In this document: one piece after another, positions 22,059-35,277 of the stretch
Numbering within the stretch: position 1 is the stretch's first letter
Layout of the letters: every line of letters starts with the position of its first letter
Assembly: GCF_032191835.1 (NCBI RefSeq)
Contig: NC_083223.1
Coordinates: 63,612,001-63,676,000, forward strand
Direction: 5' to 3'
Length of the DNA: 64,000 nt
From: Heteronotia binoei
Lineage: Eukaryota
Translations under genes and position numbers: made by a program
Notes under the pieces: model-generated
What the model was told of the DNA's origin: nothing
What the model saw: only the letters and a program-made list of their open reading frames with translations
Databases searched by the model: none

Positions 22059-23193
22059 AAAGCAAGTCCGTAAGCCATGATTAACATTAATTTTAGGTAA
22101 ATGTTACAACTGCACCAGGTCAGATTTTCAGATCCAAGGCACTATCCAGTGAGCTGAACTTTTCCACACTTCTCTCCAGCAGCTTTTTTCATTTTCTTGT
22201 GCTTGCATTTCAGTATTAAGTATTCACACAATATTCAACATCATGAAAGTAATGAAATTTTGTGATACTGGTTTCTGTGTGAAATTCCAAAGAAAAAAAG
22301 CTGGGTGAACTAACCTTGTTTAGCATATGATGCCATGTAATGGAACCACTACTGTTTGGCTAATAGGTTACAGTGACTTAGCAATCCACCATGGTTCACA
22401 AACTAAAATTCCATTCTGACTTTTGCAGATTCATGTTTCAGTATTCAAAGAAATGTTAGTAGATAAATGTTCATTTTACTGACCAACAAAAGGTGTTTTG
22501 ATCAACTGAGTACATTCAAAATACTATTCTCTCTAAACTGGGAGTATGCTGACTTTAAAAATATTAAGATTTTTTTTTAAAAAAGCACATTCTTTTAAGG
22601 CATAACTAGTCTATCTTAAATTGCACCAGCTCAGATCCTGCCCAAAGTTACCAGTGACTGAAGGATTTCCATCAGTGGAACACCAGTTTTTCATTCCTTA
22701 CCACCACAGGCCAAGATTTCCGTCTGAAATCTGACTGCATTCCTGAGGACAGGAGATTCTAGGAACACCATGAGGGGAGAGCTGGAGTTCTGCTGCAGAA
22801 GGGGATGATCAATGATAATGCCCCCCTCCACTTGCAGAATTGCTGAGAAGGTTCCAACATACTGAATATGCACTCCTGCTTATAAACTTAAAGACAAGCC
22901 TTGCCTGTCTCAGATCAAGGCCCACCTAATCGAGTATTTTTTGGAATAACCTGTGCAACAAGCAGTGACTAGATAGTCCATCTGAAATTACTTACTGAGC
23001 CACCAAAGGCTTTGTTTGCCCCATGTCTCTTTCCTAACTTTCTCCTAAGTGCTACACAGGGTTTGCTCAGAGCCTCTGCCATTTTGGAGTTTATGTAAGC
23101 ACAGTGTAAGAATACGTTCAGCAGTTCTCTTAAGGGTGGTGCAACCGACACAGAATGTTAATCTACAGCTATATTTGAGATCACACAGTACCA

Positions 23194-23676
23194 TAGGGTT
23201 GCCAATCCCCAGGGGGGAGCAGGGGATCCCCGGTTTGGAGGCCCTCCCCCCGCTTCAGGATCGTCAGAAAGCGGGGGAAGGGAAGGAAATGTCTGCTGGG
23301 AATTCTTATTATTCCCTATGGAGATTTATTCCCATAGAAAATCATGGAGAATTGATCCACGGGTATCTGGGGCTCTGAAGGGGCTGTCTTTTGGGGTAGA
23401 GGCACCAAATTTTCAGTACAGCATCTAGTGCCTCTCCCCAAAATACCCCAAGTTTCAAAAAGATTGGACTAGGGGGTCCAATTCTATGAGCCCCAAAAGA
23501 AGGTGCCCCTATCCTTCATTATTTCCTATGGAGGGAAGGGACTGAAAAGGTGTGCCGTCCCTTTAAATGTGATGGCCAGAACTCCCTTTGGAGTTCAATT
23601 ATGCTTGCCACAGCCTTGATCTTGGCTCCACCCCCAAAGTCCCCAGATATTTCTTAAATTGGATTTGGCAACCCTA
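23194..23676. mobile_element. hAT-Blackjack-like MITE, 483 bp, well preserved
   Basis: TIRs TAGGGTTGCCAA / TTGGCAACCCTA; TSD CAGTACCA/CAGTACCG. Confidence 0.9.
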
Positions 23677-26600
23677 CAGTACCGTGACTTTGAACAATCA
23701 ATCAGAATCAGGCACACTGCATTGCAATAGGTGTTTCTGATAGTCTGAGTGATCAACCCAGATATGCTGCATTACATCTGAGTCATAAATGATCACTACC
23801 TACATTTTCCTATACACTGCAACCACAGTTGATATTAAATTTCATAGTTTACTAATAGCAATGCTTGCGGGGAAACAGATACATGGATCAAGGACTATCC
23901 TGCACAAGTGAAATAAAGACTGGAAGGCCTACAGCCAGCACCCTTGTGGTGTAAGCATGTTGTTCTTTATCAGCCTGGGATTACATGCACACCATAAAAC
24001 CCACCCTTAGCCCTCTCCAGACACAAGCATGATCAAAGCTGGCAGCAGTAATCATTGTTTCGAAAGGGAAATCCACATTTGCAGCAGTGTGCCGTTGAGA
24101 ACCTCTGACTTAGAGCAGTAGTACTCCCAGTTCAACACTATGAACATTGACTAACATTCAGTACTAGCAAGCTTGGCACTATTTTGTGCTACTTGCTGCT
24201 GCACCACTTTGCTTGAAGGAAAAATACAGACTTCTTGTTGAATAGAAATTTAAAAAAATGACCAGATCACAATGCTATACCTATGCATGTTCAAGATAGG
24301 TGGGGATAATTGTTACTTTCCTTAGATAAGTAGAAATGCTCAAAGTCTTCAACTCTGAAAACAGTAGTATGGACGAAGGTCTTAAAAGCACAGCAACACA
24401 AATTTGTTACTGCATTTATTACCCTCCCCTTCATTATGGAACCCAAGTTGGCTCACATAGGATCCAAGCCCTGCTAATTCTGTACCTCTATTTTCTACTT
24501 TGTTCACTGAAGGCATTTTCATTTGTGGAAGAGGGGGGAGGGCAATTTATCAATTAATCCCTCCCACTGCAGGCCATTCCCCCTCAACGCTCATGATGTT
24601 CCTAGGAGTCCACAGGACATAATTTTGGGGGTAGACACAGAAGAACTGCAGCAATTGTGTTACATGAGTTCCAAAAATGACCCCCCCCCCCAACCCAGGC
24701 ACCGACAATATCCAGATCACTGTAAAGCATGTGCCCTCCACTCACATACTGGTTTTATAGATGGCAATTACATGTTATGGACACACTTTAAACTTGCACT
24801 ACTGTATACAAAGGTAAACAAAGCAAAAAAAAAAAATGGCATCACATTCCTTCTCTTCAGGCAGTATAAAATAAGTAAGGCTACTGGTTTCATCTGAAAG
24901 TCCCCATATTTTTTCAAGTGTACAGAGTCCTAGGCATTGAACAAGATGGCTGCATGGGTAAGGAATAATTCTTACTTTGCTTACATACCCCTGCCATTGT
25001 GCCACAAGTCTAATTTGGACCCACATAAAAAATACAGGTGATGATTAAATGTGATTGTTAAAAACAAAAGGTATCAATCCAATGTTTTAAAGTGAAAGCA
25101 AGGAGGGTTAATGACTAATGTCTATCTTGTGTCATCAATGAAAAAACTTTCTTGTGTAGGATCTGGGTGGCTGTTTCTTGTGCTCATGTTAAGAGATAGT
25201 TGGGCTAAGACTTCTCTGAAATGTATACAAGTTATATTTATTGTATAAAAACTCATGGAATACTAAAAGCCCTCTCCAATGTAAATGCCAGATGAAGACA
25301 TACTTTCTAACACAAATACAGTATTTCAATGGCGATGAGTACATTCTGTAAAAGCAACTGATGCGGTACCTTAAAGTAATACTCATAGCAATAGACGATT
25401 TTATCCAACACATCAATACAACTCAGGCTGAGGAAGCTACAGTGCCACATCATGTGAACCATCGTTGAACATAATCTATGCACCAAAACTAGTGATATGC
25501 CAATATACTTTGGAAACAGAAAATTTGATGCTGGCTGAACTTTGCCACACAAATATTGCAGAATTATTAAACATGTATATGGGATTCATACTGAAAATGC
25601 ATGCATGAATTAATGCTTTTGAAAAAGAACAAAGCAAACACATTAACATGTTGCCACTGATCCTGTAACACTAAACAACTATTTTAACATCCTGATCCTA
25701 AACCCATTGTATAGTAGTATATCATTTTCCATTAGACTTAGAACCTAGCCTTACGCACATTTACTCAGTAGTAAGCCCACAGTTCATGAGACTTACGCCT
25801 AAGTAAACCTGTGGCCTTACATTCGCACAATGTGATTAAGAGCAAGGTGCATCCTGAAATGACAGAAAAGGAAGAGGACCTTATTGAACATGAGATTCAC
25901 AACAGTTATTACAAGATGCACTGGAAAAATGCTTTTAAAAGTATTTAATATTTGGGTAATAAATCTCTTCAATATTTGATCATCTTTTCCAAAAATTAAT
26001 ACCATATGAATATATAAGCTATAAATCTTTCTTTTTAAAAAGGAAACTTGACGTGCTTCACTTGGCTATTCCTTTTATTTAGTTAAAATTTAGAAAGTGT
26101 ATCAAATGAATTTGACAAAAATATTTTTAAGTGTAGCAGCATAAAAATTCATTATTTGGCACAGCAAAACTGTATTTAAAAAGGCCCATACTGTTGGGAG
26201 AACTTTAAACATGCACAGTATTGTTTTGGAAAGGCTGACTAAGGTGTCAGCAATTTTAAAAGTGGTGAATTGTTTGAGGATGCTACTTTAGTTATCAGGA
26301 CAATGTAATTGCGTCAAGTACCTTCTTATCTTTAGCCTGACTCTTTCACCAAGTACCTATAGATGCACACTGCAGTTAGAATTTATAAACAATACAAATA
26401 TTGTACCAATGAAACTGCCAGAATCTGCACTGGAGTAGTTCAACAAATTATAAACTTCTGTTTTAAAACAACTGCATAATGAATCATCCAGTCAGTTAAG
26501 AAAGAAAAACTATTTTATCTTAAGACAGAATGAGCGGTACTGAGATTTAGGAATTTCAGTTGAATTTTAAAAAGTGAGACTTGTTATGCACTTTAATACA

Positions 26601-26847
26601 TCATACCTTTCAACCTGAAAGTTGTCCTATTCAACATAAAATGAATGCATGGGGCAATGGTTCTATTCCTGTGCCACCACTAGTCTTAACTATGTACCAA
26701 CGATTCATTGCAGCAGCAATATCCACTACCAGTGTGGGATCCCATGTGTGGAACACTTGTGAAAGTACTGGACCACTACAGTCAGCTGTATTCCTTGCTG
26801 ACTTCAGCTGAAATGCTTTTGTCAGACTGTCTTCTCTGTTTAGAACT

Positions 26848-26987
26848 TTAGGGTATGCTACAGTTGCTAAAAGGGCTTCTGTTCTTCTTGGTCCGTTGTT
26901 TGTTAGGCCTAAGGTTGATGACATCACCACCATTAAGCATGCTAGAATTCTGGCCAGAGTGACTTCCGCCTGCTGTGTTGAAAACAC
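26848..26987 (-). CDS. RAB23: RAB23 exon 7 (last coding exon)
   Basis: Acceptor tttaatttag|; GVFNTAGGSHSGQNSSMLNGGDVINLRPNKQRTKKNRSPFSNCSIP*, ending in the CSIP prenylation motif. Confidence 0.98.
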
Positions 26988-28071
26988 CTAAATTAAAAGC
27001 AACACACACAAAAAGAATTACATCTAAGCAAATCTACCATCTTTGAAATACAGCACTGGATTCAAACAGCCTTTTTACTAAATCTCATCGAATACTCCTC
27101 TAATACTATCATCTCCTACCCACAAGGATTTCATACACACAGGTCCCAAGATTCTAAAGAGTTTGGGAGCGGTTAAAGACAACATCTCCTTTTTCTCCAG
27201 CCTGGCTGGATCCAACTGACAGCCCAAAAGCATAGATAATTTAACATTTTGTAAGTTATTTGTAGTTGATTATTAGCCTCCTTGAGTATTCAGTAATGTG
27301 GCCAAGTGTCTACTGAGAACAGCAAAAGGTAAAGCCTCCATCAATGCACAGCTTATTCTTTTAAAAGTCCATAATTTTTTTTTTAAAGCTTGGCCGTTCA
27401 TGTAATGTCTATTGTTAGTAGATGTGGTGATCCACTGAAACAATCAAGAGACAATTATTATGTTAAAACCTTCTATATAGGAATCAACCTTGCCAAAGTA
27501 ACCACTGTCAAGTTTATTTTCAGTGTAGAACCTAAACTTAGGTAAATGGGTGTCTGCACTCATTCAGGCTCTTGCTCTAACTACTAAGTACAACCATCAG
27601 AAAAGCAAACTCCAACAAACCTTAATGCACAAGCAATGGTGAAGGGAGAGAGGAAGAGCCAGAAAAAGGCTCTTGGAAGAAGAATCAAAATGACTATGAA
27701 GTGCTTTAAAGAAAGTCTATGTACAAAAGTTTAGCGTATCTGTACAAAAGCTCGTTTACAAAGCTCTTTTCATTGGGTGCCAGGTTTTTCTTTAAACAAG
27801 TCTTGTTCTTCTTCAGTAGCATAACTATCACTAGCGGTACTACATCTGGACAAAACCTTGACATTATGTTGGAATTGTGCATCCTCTGCTGTTCTTTGCA
27901 TAACTTGAGTCTGTAAGATCTTGAAAGGACTAGCCAACACGATGCAACCAGTATAATCATTGCGGCCACAAGGACTTATTCTACCAAGTGACAGCACATT
28001 ATCCTCTGTAGTGCTTTGTCAAATTATGACAGACAATACTATCTGGCTATACCTAAATATTGCATACGCAC

Positions 28072-28164
28072 CAATTTTGTTACTACTCGTATGTACTACT
28101 TCTGGATTTTCAGCTGTTTGTTGTTTCAGTCTTTGAAGATACTTCTCAGCCAAATACCTGAAAA
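28072..28164 (-). CDS. RAB23: RAB23 exon 6
   Basis: VFRYLAEKYLQRLKQQTAENPEVVHTSSNKI; 93 nt; AG/GT boundaries. Confidence 0.97.
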
Positions 28165-28904
28165 CTGAAATTCACAGAACACTTTTTAGAAAAACCTCAG
28201 AACACTAATTGTGACAGGCAGTGCACACAGGGGCAATGCAGGAACCAATCAGAGTGGTGCCCTGAACCAGCTAGTCAGAGGTGTGTACTAGGAAAGGTTA
28301 AAATCTGACAGAGGAAGATGTAGCTAGTTATGATTGGGGAGGGGGGAGCGCTGAAAGTGAGAGGTTGGAAGCTAGAGTGAGAAAAAAGGGGTTTTTAAAA
28401 TCAGAACATGAATAAAAAATCTGTGGAAAAATCAGATCTTTGATTAAGTTCTGCTCTCTGGGTCATGATTGTAAAAACGTGTTACAGCAAGCAAGCAAGG
28501 TTTGCTGGGTCTGGTGTATTACTTAGTGGCAGCAAAGTATTATAAACCTGGGTGAGAGAAGGCGTTTCATTGGGCACAAATTGTTTAAATCCTACCATCC
28601 CACAACTCAATAGTTAATATTTACTTTGGTTGTGCGTTTTTCTGGGTAAGCACAATTCTTGTTCACTTTCAAACACTAACTGTCAAACCGAAAATATAAC
28701 TTATTAGTACTATGCCAAGTCTTTTTTTTTTTAAACTAAAGGGACTGATTCTATACTCGGTTCGCCAACCCATTAGCCAACAGCAGGAAAACCCCTCAAT
28801 GTCTCTTTCTAGAAGTAATCACTTGCAGGGCTGGATTAATACTGCAATTTAACACACATCATATATTATTGCCAGTGTATGATTTTTCAAAGGCCATAGT
28901 AATC

Positions 28905-29300
28905 TATAAAATATAAAAGCCCTTTCATCTTGGCAAAACCAAGCAACCTTATAGGTCGGGACTGGGTGGGACTATGGTGCATCAACCTTTGGACTGTCAA
29001 ACTATCGATCAAGAGTACTTGTATACCATTGGTTGATTCTGCTCCTCTCTCCCTCCCAAGCGGCTGTTGCTGGCTAGCAAAGTTGATTCTGTCAGTAAAA
29101 GGCAATCAACCTTAGTTCTGGCAGTTACTGGCTCTCCCTACTCTCCCATTGGCTGAGCCACCTGTCGCACTGAATCACAGATGAGAGAAAGAAACCTTTT
29201 CCTTGGCTGGCTGAAGGAGGGAAGAGGAGGCAAACAGCCAGAGGAAGGCTTCACTTGATTGGCTGAGGACTCTTCCCTATCCTCCTCTGGAAAGGGGAAA
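28905..29300. repeat. Unclassified CCAAT-rich interspersed repeat, inverted copy at about 43325-43700
   Basis: Multiple blocks are reverse complements (cctttcatcttggcaaaa, caagagtacttg, ctgtcagtaaaaggca, ctctcccattggctgagc). Confidence 0.7.
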
Positions 29301-29616
29301 AATGGTGTACAGTAACAACTGTACACAAAACCTGTTGATTACATGTAGCTATATGTAATTTCAAGAAGATAAATCCAAAGTTCTTTGACAGTAGCAAAAG
29401 ATTGCAATCCCTCACCCCCGAATCATGTGGAACTCACAACTACATCAACAGAAACATCCTGGCCTTGACTATGTAAGATCTAATCCTACCAAATAACTAT
29501 CAAACTACCACATATAATCCATGACCACCATGGGAGCCTGCAGTAGGATCCTAACAATGAGCTCCCATGGAAACTCATTTCAGAAGTGCTACAGGGACCC
29601 TGATTTGGTTTGGGCC

Positions 29617-30139
29617 TGTCATGATCCTAGGTCTAGTGTGGCCTACAGGGTCCAGGGAAGCCTGTATTAGAGTAGCAACCAGGTCTACATTTCCTAGGAT
29701 CCCTTCTATCCCTATGACTGGGTGGGCAGAAGTTTGGAAGGAAAGCTTGCCCAATGAAGAACAGAGGGGTGGGTGCTGCATAGAAAGAATAAAAAGGCTA
29801 GCTAGAGAAGAAGGGGTGTTCTCTCTGGAAAGACTGAGCTGGAAAGAGGTTGCAGCAGGAGGGTTCCCTCATCCAAGTGGGGTGAGTCAGTATGAAATCA
29901 GAAGGATGGAACATCTAGTTAGTTGTATCAGGGCTTTTATTTTCTTTGTACCAACTTCACTGCTTTTTCATAGTTCACTATTGCACTAATAATGTTACAA
30001 TAAACTTATTATTGTTATGCTGCCTGGGCCCTCACATCTCTTCAGTCACGGTTAAAAGGTAGTTGTTGAGAAGGAAGACACAGTGGTCGGGTGGGTGCTC
30101 TGGGCCCCTCCCAGACAGACCCATACCAGAGTTATGACA
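29617..30139 (+). mobile_element. Solo LTR (Gypsy-like) in RAB23 intron 5
   Basis: Termini TGTCAT...ATGACA, AATAAA near 29998; only a partial TSD (GCC). Confidence 0.6.
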
Positions 30140-30936
30140 GCCAGCAGAGGCCCTCCCTGGTCCCCTGCTTGTGACAGGGCCTATGGGGTGAAGGAGTCTC
30201 TGCCTCGCTTGTCCCATTTTCCTGAGCCAGAACAGTCCCAGGGAAGGTTATTTGCCACAAGGGAGACTGCACACCCTCTTACAATGGTTTCAGGGCAGGA
30301 AAATGGCATATGTGAGGTGGCAGGAGTCCCTCCTCTGCCTGCACCACAGTCCCGATCTAAATCAGGCTCTTGCAGAGCTACCAGACTGAGTTCCAAAAGG
30401 AACTTGCAGCTGGTGTCCTGCTGTGTCCTTGGGATAATGTTGACTACTTGTAGGGTGCATTAGTTATCTTAGGTGGTTTTAAGATTCTCTGCTTTTGTTA
30501 TTTTTAATTGATTGGATGATTGAGTCTTATGTTTTCAACAACCCCCCTTGACAAGCCTATTAAGATAATGAACATTTATGAAGCCAATGTAACACTGGAT
30601 AGAAAGATGGAGCTTTGTCACAAACTCTTGTCATCACAATCAGCTGATTCCTGCCACCAGATTTAGATTGGTCACTGAGCACTTCCCCCTGGAAATTAAT
30701 TTGTTTGAGGCTATTTTACTCAGGCCTCATTCTCAAGAGTTAGTAAACCAGTATCTAGAAAGTTCCATCTCACACTGTGGGTGGGACTCACTGGACTTAA
30801 TGTTTCTCATCCATTTTAAATAGTTCCTGAAATCTCAGGCAGAAGGCTATGCTGTAACTCTGACAGTCCACCTGCAATCCAAAATTAGTCAGAATACCAC
30901 ATCAGGATAGGATCAGTGCATAATTACCATTCTTAC

Positions 30937-31019
30937 CTTCTGTTACATTTAAGTCTTCCTTTACAGACGTTCGGTAGAATCTTAATTTTAGTTTTTTCGC
31001 CAATGCCTCAGCTTCTTCA
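30937..31019 (-). CDS. RAB23: RAB23 exon 5
   Basis: NEEAEALAKKLKLRFYRTSVKEDLNVTE; 83 nt; donor AAG|GTAAGA. Confidence 0.97.
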
Positions 31020-31164
31020 CTGTTCATTCAAAAGAGCAGAAAAAAAAACCCATCAGTATTTTTTTTTTCAGTACAGTGGGTAGAATGCCTTTAGACTGGA
31101 ACTGGTTAACCAGGCCACTTTCAGGATGAATTGAGGAAGGAGCAACTGTGCTTTGGAATGTACA

Positions 31165-31392
31165 GTTAGTATAGTGTAGTGTGGTTAGAGTGTCAAACTA
31201 TGACCTGAGAGTCCCCGGGTTCAAATACACTCTCTCATGGAAGGTCACCCGGTGACCTTGCATCAGTCACTCTCAGCCTAGCCTAACTTGGAGGGTTGTT
31301 ATTGTAAGCATAAAATGGAGGAAGGGAAACATTGTAAGCCACAAAGACCTCATTGGGGAGAAAGTGGGGTACAAATAGCTAAATAAATAAAA
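31165..31392 (+). mobile_element. Squam3/MIR-like SINE (a further 3' half at about 32060-32180)
   Basis: tagtgtagtgtggttagagtg head, gggttcaaat B-box, (TAAA)n tail. Confidence 0.75.
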
Positions 31393-32566
31393 TTAGATTT
31401 ACTCATTACCAGAACAGTAAGAAGGAAGGGAACTATGAAGGAGGGGGGGGGGGGCTGAGAACCATTTCATCCAGTCCTAAATAGGCACATGGAAAACCTA
31501 CTTCTTGCAAATATAAGTTAGCTAGGTTCTCCCCGGAGTCCCCTCCCCCCCACAGTCCTTGGTGAGTCACTCTAGAACAGTAGTTTGGATCCTATTGAGC
31601 ATGAGCAGAGCAGCGCTCAGGGCAGAGAACTGTCTACCCTTCCACCTCTGGCTGGAGCCTCTGGAGCCTGTTAAACACCTTAGTAGAAGAGGTTTTTTTA
31701 AAAAAGTGAAAATTTCCAATTGGTCAAATTGGAATTCCTTCTGCTAGTAGAAGATGTCGTTTGAATTCGAGCCCAAACTGTGCTGTATTGATTCCAGTGG
31801 GTCTAAAATACAGAACATGGTTATGTGTCTCCCCTTTTTAAATTAGGCGAGCACAACAAGACAGCATCAAAGAGATGGAGGAAGCTCAGCTACCAGCCTC
31901 CTTGCTCCAGCCAGACTCATGCCAGGTTTTGGAATTTAGCTAGGTGAAAACTGACCTCAGAGGTGTACTTTAAGCAGAAAGGAGTTCAACACGATCAACC
32001 TGCATGGTCCTTTTACACACTCCTTACACAGTCATTATCTTTATATGGAGTAACACATTCTCAGCCTAACCTACCCAACAGGTGTGTTTTAAGGCTAAAA
32101 TGGAGGAAAGGAGTGTGATGTAAGCTGCTTTGGGTTCCCATTGGGGAGAAAAGTGCGATATAAATGAAGTAAATAAAATGAATTATATAAACGGTTAAAT
32201 GCAGATCTATCTCACAGAAACACGTTTGTTCCATAACAAGTAGTTTTGCCTCCACTTGAATGCAATACAAGCATACCAATCTGGACAAAGGTATCTTAAG
32301 CAATATCTGTATCCAAAATATGGAGTACATCCAAGTAGTAGGGGTGAGCATGGCTTCTTTTAAAGTTAGGCAATCATATGCTTCAAAAGAAACCATTAAA
32401 AGTCATTAATGGTGCAATCCTAAGAACACTTTTTCTGGGAGTAAGCTCCACAGAATAGACCTGAGTAGGATTCTGAATAAACCTGTTTAGGGATTGCTCT
32501 CTTAAATGAACCAACTCAGGAACCAGAAACTGGCATGAATTTAGGGCAGTTCAGAGCCCCCAAATC

Positions 32567-32737
32567 CAGGGCTTTTTTGTGTAGCAGGAACTCCTTTGCA
32601 TATTAGGCTACAACCCCCTGATGTAGCCAATCCTCCAAGAGTGTACAGTAGGTCCTGTAAGCTCTTGGAGGATTGGCTACATCCGGGAGGCATGGCCTAA
32701 TATGCAAAGGAGTTCCTGCTACAAAAAAAAAGCCCTG
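32567..32737. mobile_element. Palindromic hAT MITE, CAGGGCTTTTT family
   Basis: Two near-identical inverted arms of about 80 bp; TSD CCCAAATC/CCCAAACC. Confidence 0.9.
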
Positions 32738-33181
32738 CCCAAACCTATGTTCAAGGAAAGGGCTCCCCCAAACATTTACCAGACTTTGTCTAGTTTGTCT
32801 GTTCGGGGCCATTTAAGCCTAACAGCTGAGCAGTGTGGGGTCCATGGCAGAACTGTTAGGTTTAAATGGCTGCGAGCTATTTCACCAGTTCGAACTATTT
32901 CACCAGCTTCGAACTGTGTGTGGGGGTGGGGGGGTGTTAGTAAAATGAAACTGACCAGTGAAATGGCTGCCAACCATTTAACCCTTCCTGGGTGAGCCTC
33001 CCTCCCATGGCCAGAAGAAAGAGAGAACCAAACTAATCAGATCAGATCAGTTTGGATGGGGGCCCTTTTGGCTCAGTTTGGGGGCCACCCTGAACCCCAA
33101 ACTGGATTTTTCAGATCCATGCCCATTCCTACTCTTTAATGCTTAGAAAAGCAGTTATATTAATATGCTGTTAACACTTAC

Positions 33182-33338
33182 TTCTTTATACAAGAATCAT
33201 CCAGAAGGTCAATCTTGTTCTGAACAAGAACTGTAGGTACCTCTCCAACTTCAGATACAACTTTCTCCTTCCAGTTAGGGATTGCTTCAAAAGATTCTCT
33301 ATCAATAGTGGAAAACACAAGCACACAAGCCTGGGCTC
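33182..33338 (-). CDS. RAB23: RAB23 exon 4
   Basis: GAQACVLVFSTIDRESFEAIPNWKEKVVSEVGEVPTVLVQNKIDLLDDSCIK (G4 NKID); 157 nt. Confidence 0.98.
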
Positions 33339-35165
33339 CTACAAAATAAAATTAAACACAGTAATAACAACAGCTGACAGACTGGATTAACAGATAAACA
33401 GGGGTCCTCAGCCTTTTTCAGCCTGTGGACTCTGGAATTCTGACCCAGCTGGTCTGCATAACATTGGAGGTCCCCCATCAGAATACTAGCCATGGCCAAC
33501 TTTGCTTAGCTTCTGTGATCAGGCTAACCTGGACCACTATGTACGGCTTTCTGCTAATTAGATAGAACAAATAGTTTCTCCACTGAAGTAACTCTGCATG
33601 TGCCAAACCCAAATATTATCTTTTGTTCAGTCATTGTTCAAATCATGTAAATTACTCAGATTTAGGTTCAGAGTACTATTGTGCCAGAACGGCTCTGGTG
33701 AAAAGTGAAACCATACAACAGCCCTTCGGGTAGGTCAAAAGGCCATTTTTGATCCAGAGTTGCTGTTGCAGTACCTCATCTTTCAAAAAGTCCTTCGCTG
33801 TCCTGAGCTGAAGGTTCATTGACAAACCAGAGGAACAAAGATTTTGCCCCTGCAAGAATGAGGCTGTCAATCCTAAACTCTATTCCTGAAGTGTAACAAA
33901 ATACAGGAACAGGCAGGCAGTGTACACAGTGCTGTAGCAGCAACATGCTTCCTCTACACACACAACTCTTAAGTTTAGATGTGTCCTGGTTATCATATTT
34001 GTATTGTATAAATATACAAAACAAGAATGTAAAATAGAGGCTTCCAAAATGCATAGAAACAACAACTCTATATGTTGCACCAGAGAAACACTCCACCATT
34101 TATCTGCTGCAGAGCTCATTGTTTACCTTTTCAATGCAATCTTCCCCTGCCACGTGAAATCCACCGGCTAGAAGGTAGGTTCCAATCATTAAACATAAAT
34201 TCAGGGCTTAAAGGTGGCAGAGCCAAAAGGGGTCTTGGCTGTTGGAACCAATGCTTAATTTGTTTATACAGAGAACCATGTAATGAACCCCTTATCAGGA
34301 GTGAAGCCGAACAATAAATTCCAGTGTTGTTCTTTAAAGAGCTGGCTACTCACGACATTCTATCCAGCTTGCACTGCAAACAGTGAATGAAAGGTAAGTT
34401 TACACTGGTAACCATTATCCCTGGCTTCTGCAGAGCTGTTCCTGTACTGTGAGCAATAAGTCTTGCATACTTACTGAAACTCAATAACCTATATCTTTAG
34501 CTCAAGTTCTTAGATAGTGGGGTTGTAAGAAATACCTGCAAAGTCACATGTAAGAGCGGGATGCCAACCTATTTTCATTTAGCTATGAATATCAGGAGTA
34601 CATGCTGGGCAATGTTACAGTGCAATTAACCTTACAGACTTTTCAACATCTCTCAAATGCTTAAGGCAAAACCCAAACCAAAAAGAACAAAGTAAATGGC
34701 ACAACATTTAGAACCCAACGAGAAGCTACAAGGTTATGTCACAGATTGGCACATTCATAAATTTAGAGATTACATTTTCTGTTGATTTGCAATTATTTTT
34801 TCATGTTTTAAATAGCAAGAGAAATTACAATGGGCTACTGCAAAATGCACAAAAACACAATGAAGGCCACTGAAAGACATTAGTTTCCACTGAAATGATG
34901 CATTCTGCACTGTAAGATGGATCAAGGAATGGTCAGGTTTTCTGTGTATGCTACCCTGCTAGCATGATGTTGGAATACACTGCCATTCATGCTAATAGTG
35001 TGCATGCTCCTGTCTTAAAATACCACCCTCACTGAAGGATCTTTACTATCTCTTGATAGCTAAAGATTTTTAGAATCCTTACGGCTTCACTGCTCTACAT
35101 CATAGAGCTTTTATTGGATGAAAGGAAAAGAATCCGTGTCAAAACAAAAAAGGGGGGGCAATAAC

Positions 35166-35277
35166 CAGGGCTTTTTTTGTAGAAAAAGCCCAGCAGGAAC
35201 TAATTTGCATATTAGGCCACACACCTGATGTCAAGCTAGTTGGAACTGCATTCCTGTCTGTTCCTGCTCAAAACCCT
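35166..35277. mobile_element. hAT MITE, CAGGGCTTTTT family, damaged right end
   Basis: Homology to 14809-14929. Confidence 0.8.

Noticed and set aside
21400-22400. Scattered AACCATAGTT/AACCATGGTT-like palindromic words
   Set aside because: Probably decayed old repeats; no boundaries, TIRs or TSDs could be defined
28151-28167. Second acceptor (TTTTCAG) 7 nt inside RAB23 exon 6
   Set aside because: Use would shift the frame; the upstream AG gives the conserved 93-nt exon
29567-29989. 140-aa ORF, and similarly 49040-49304 and 19253-19600
   Set aside because: They lie within LTR or MITE-like repeats and resemble no known protein
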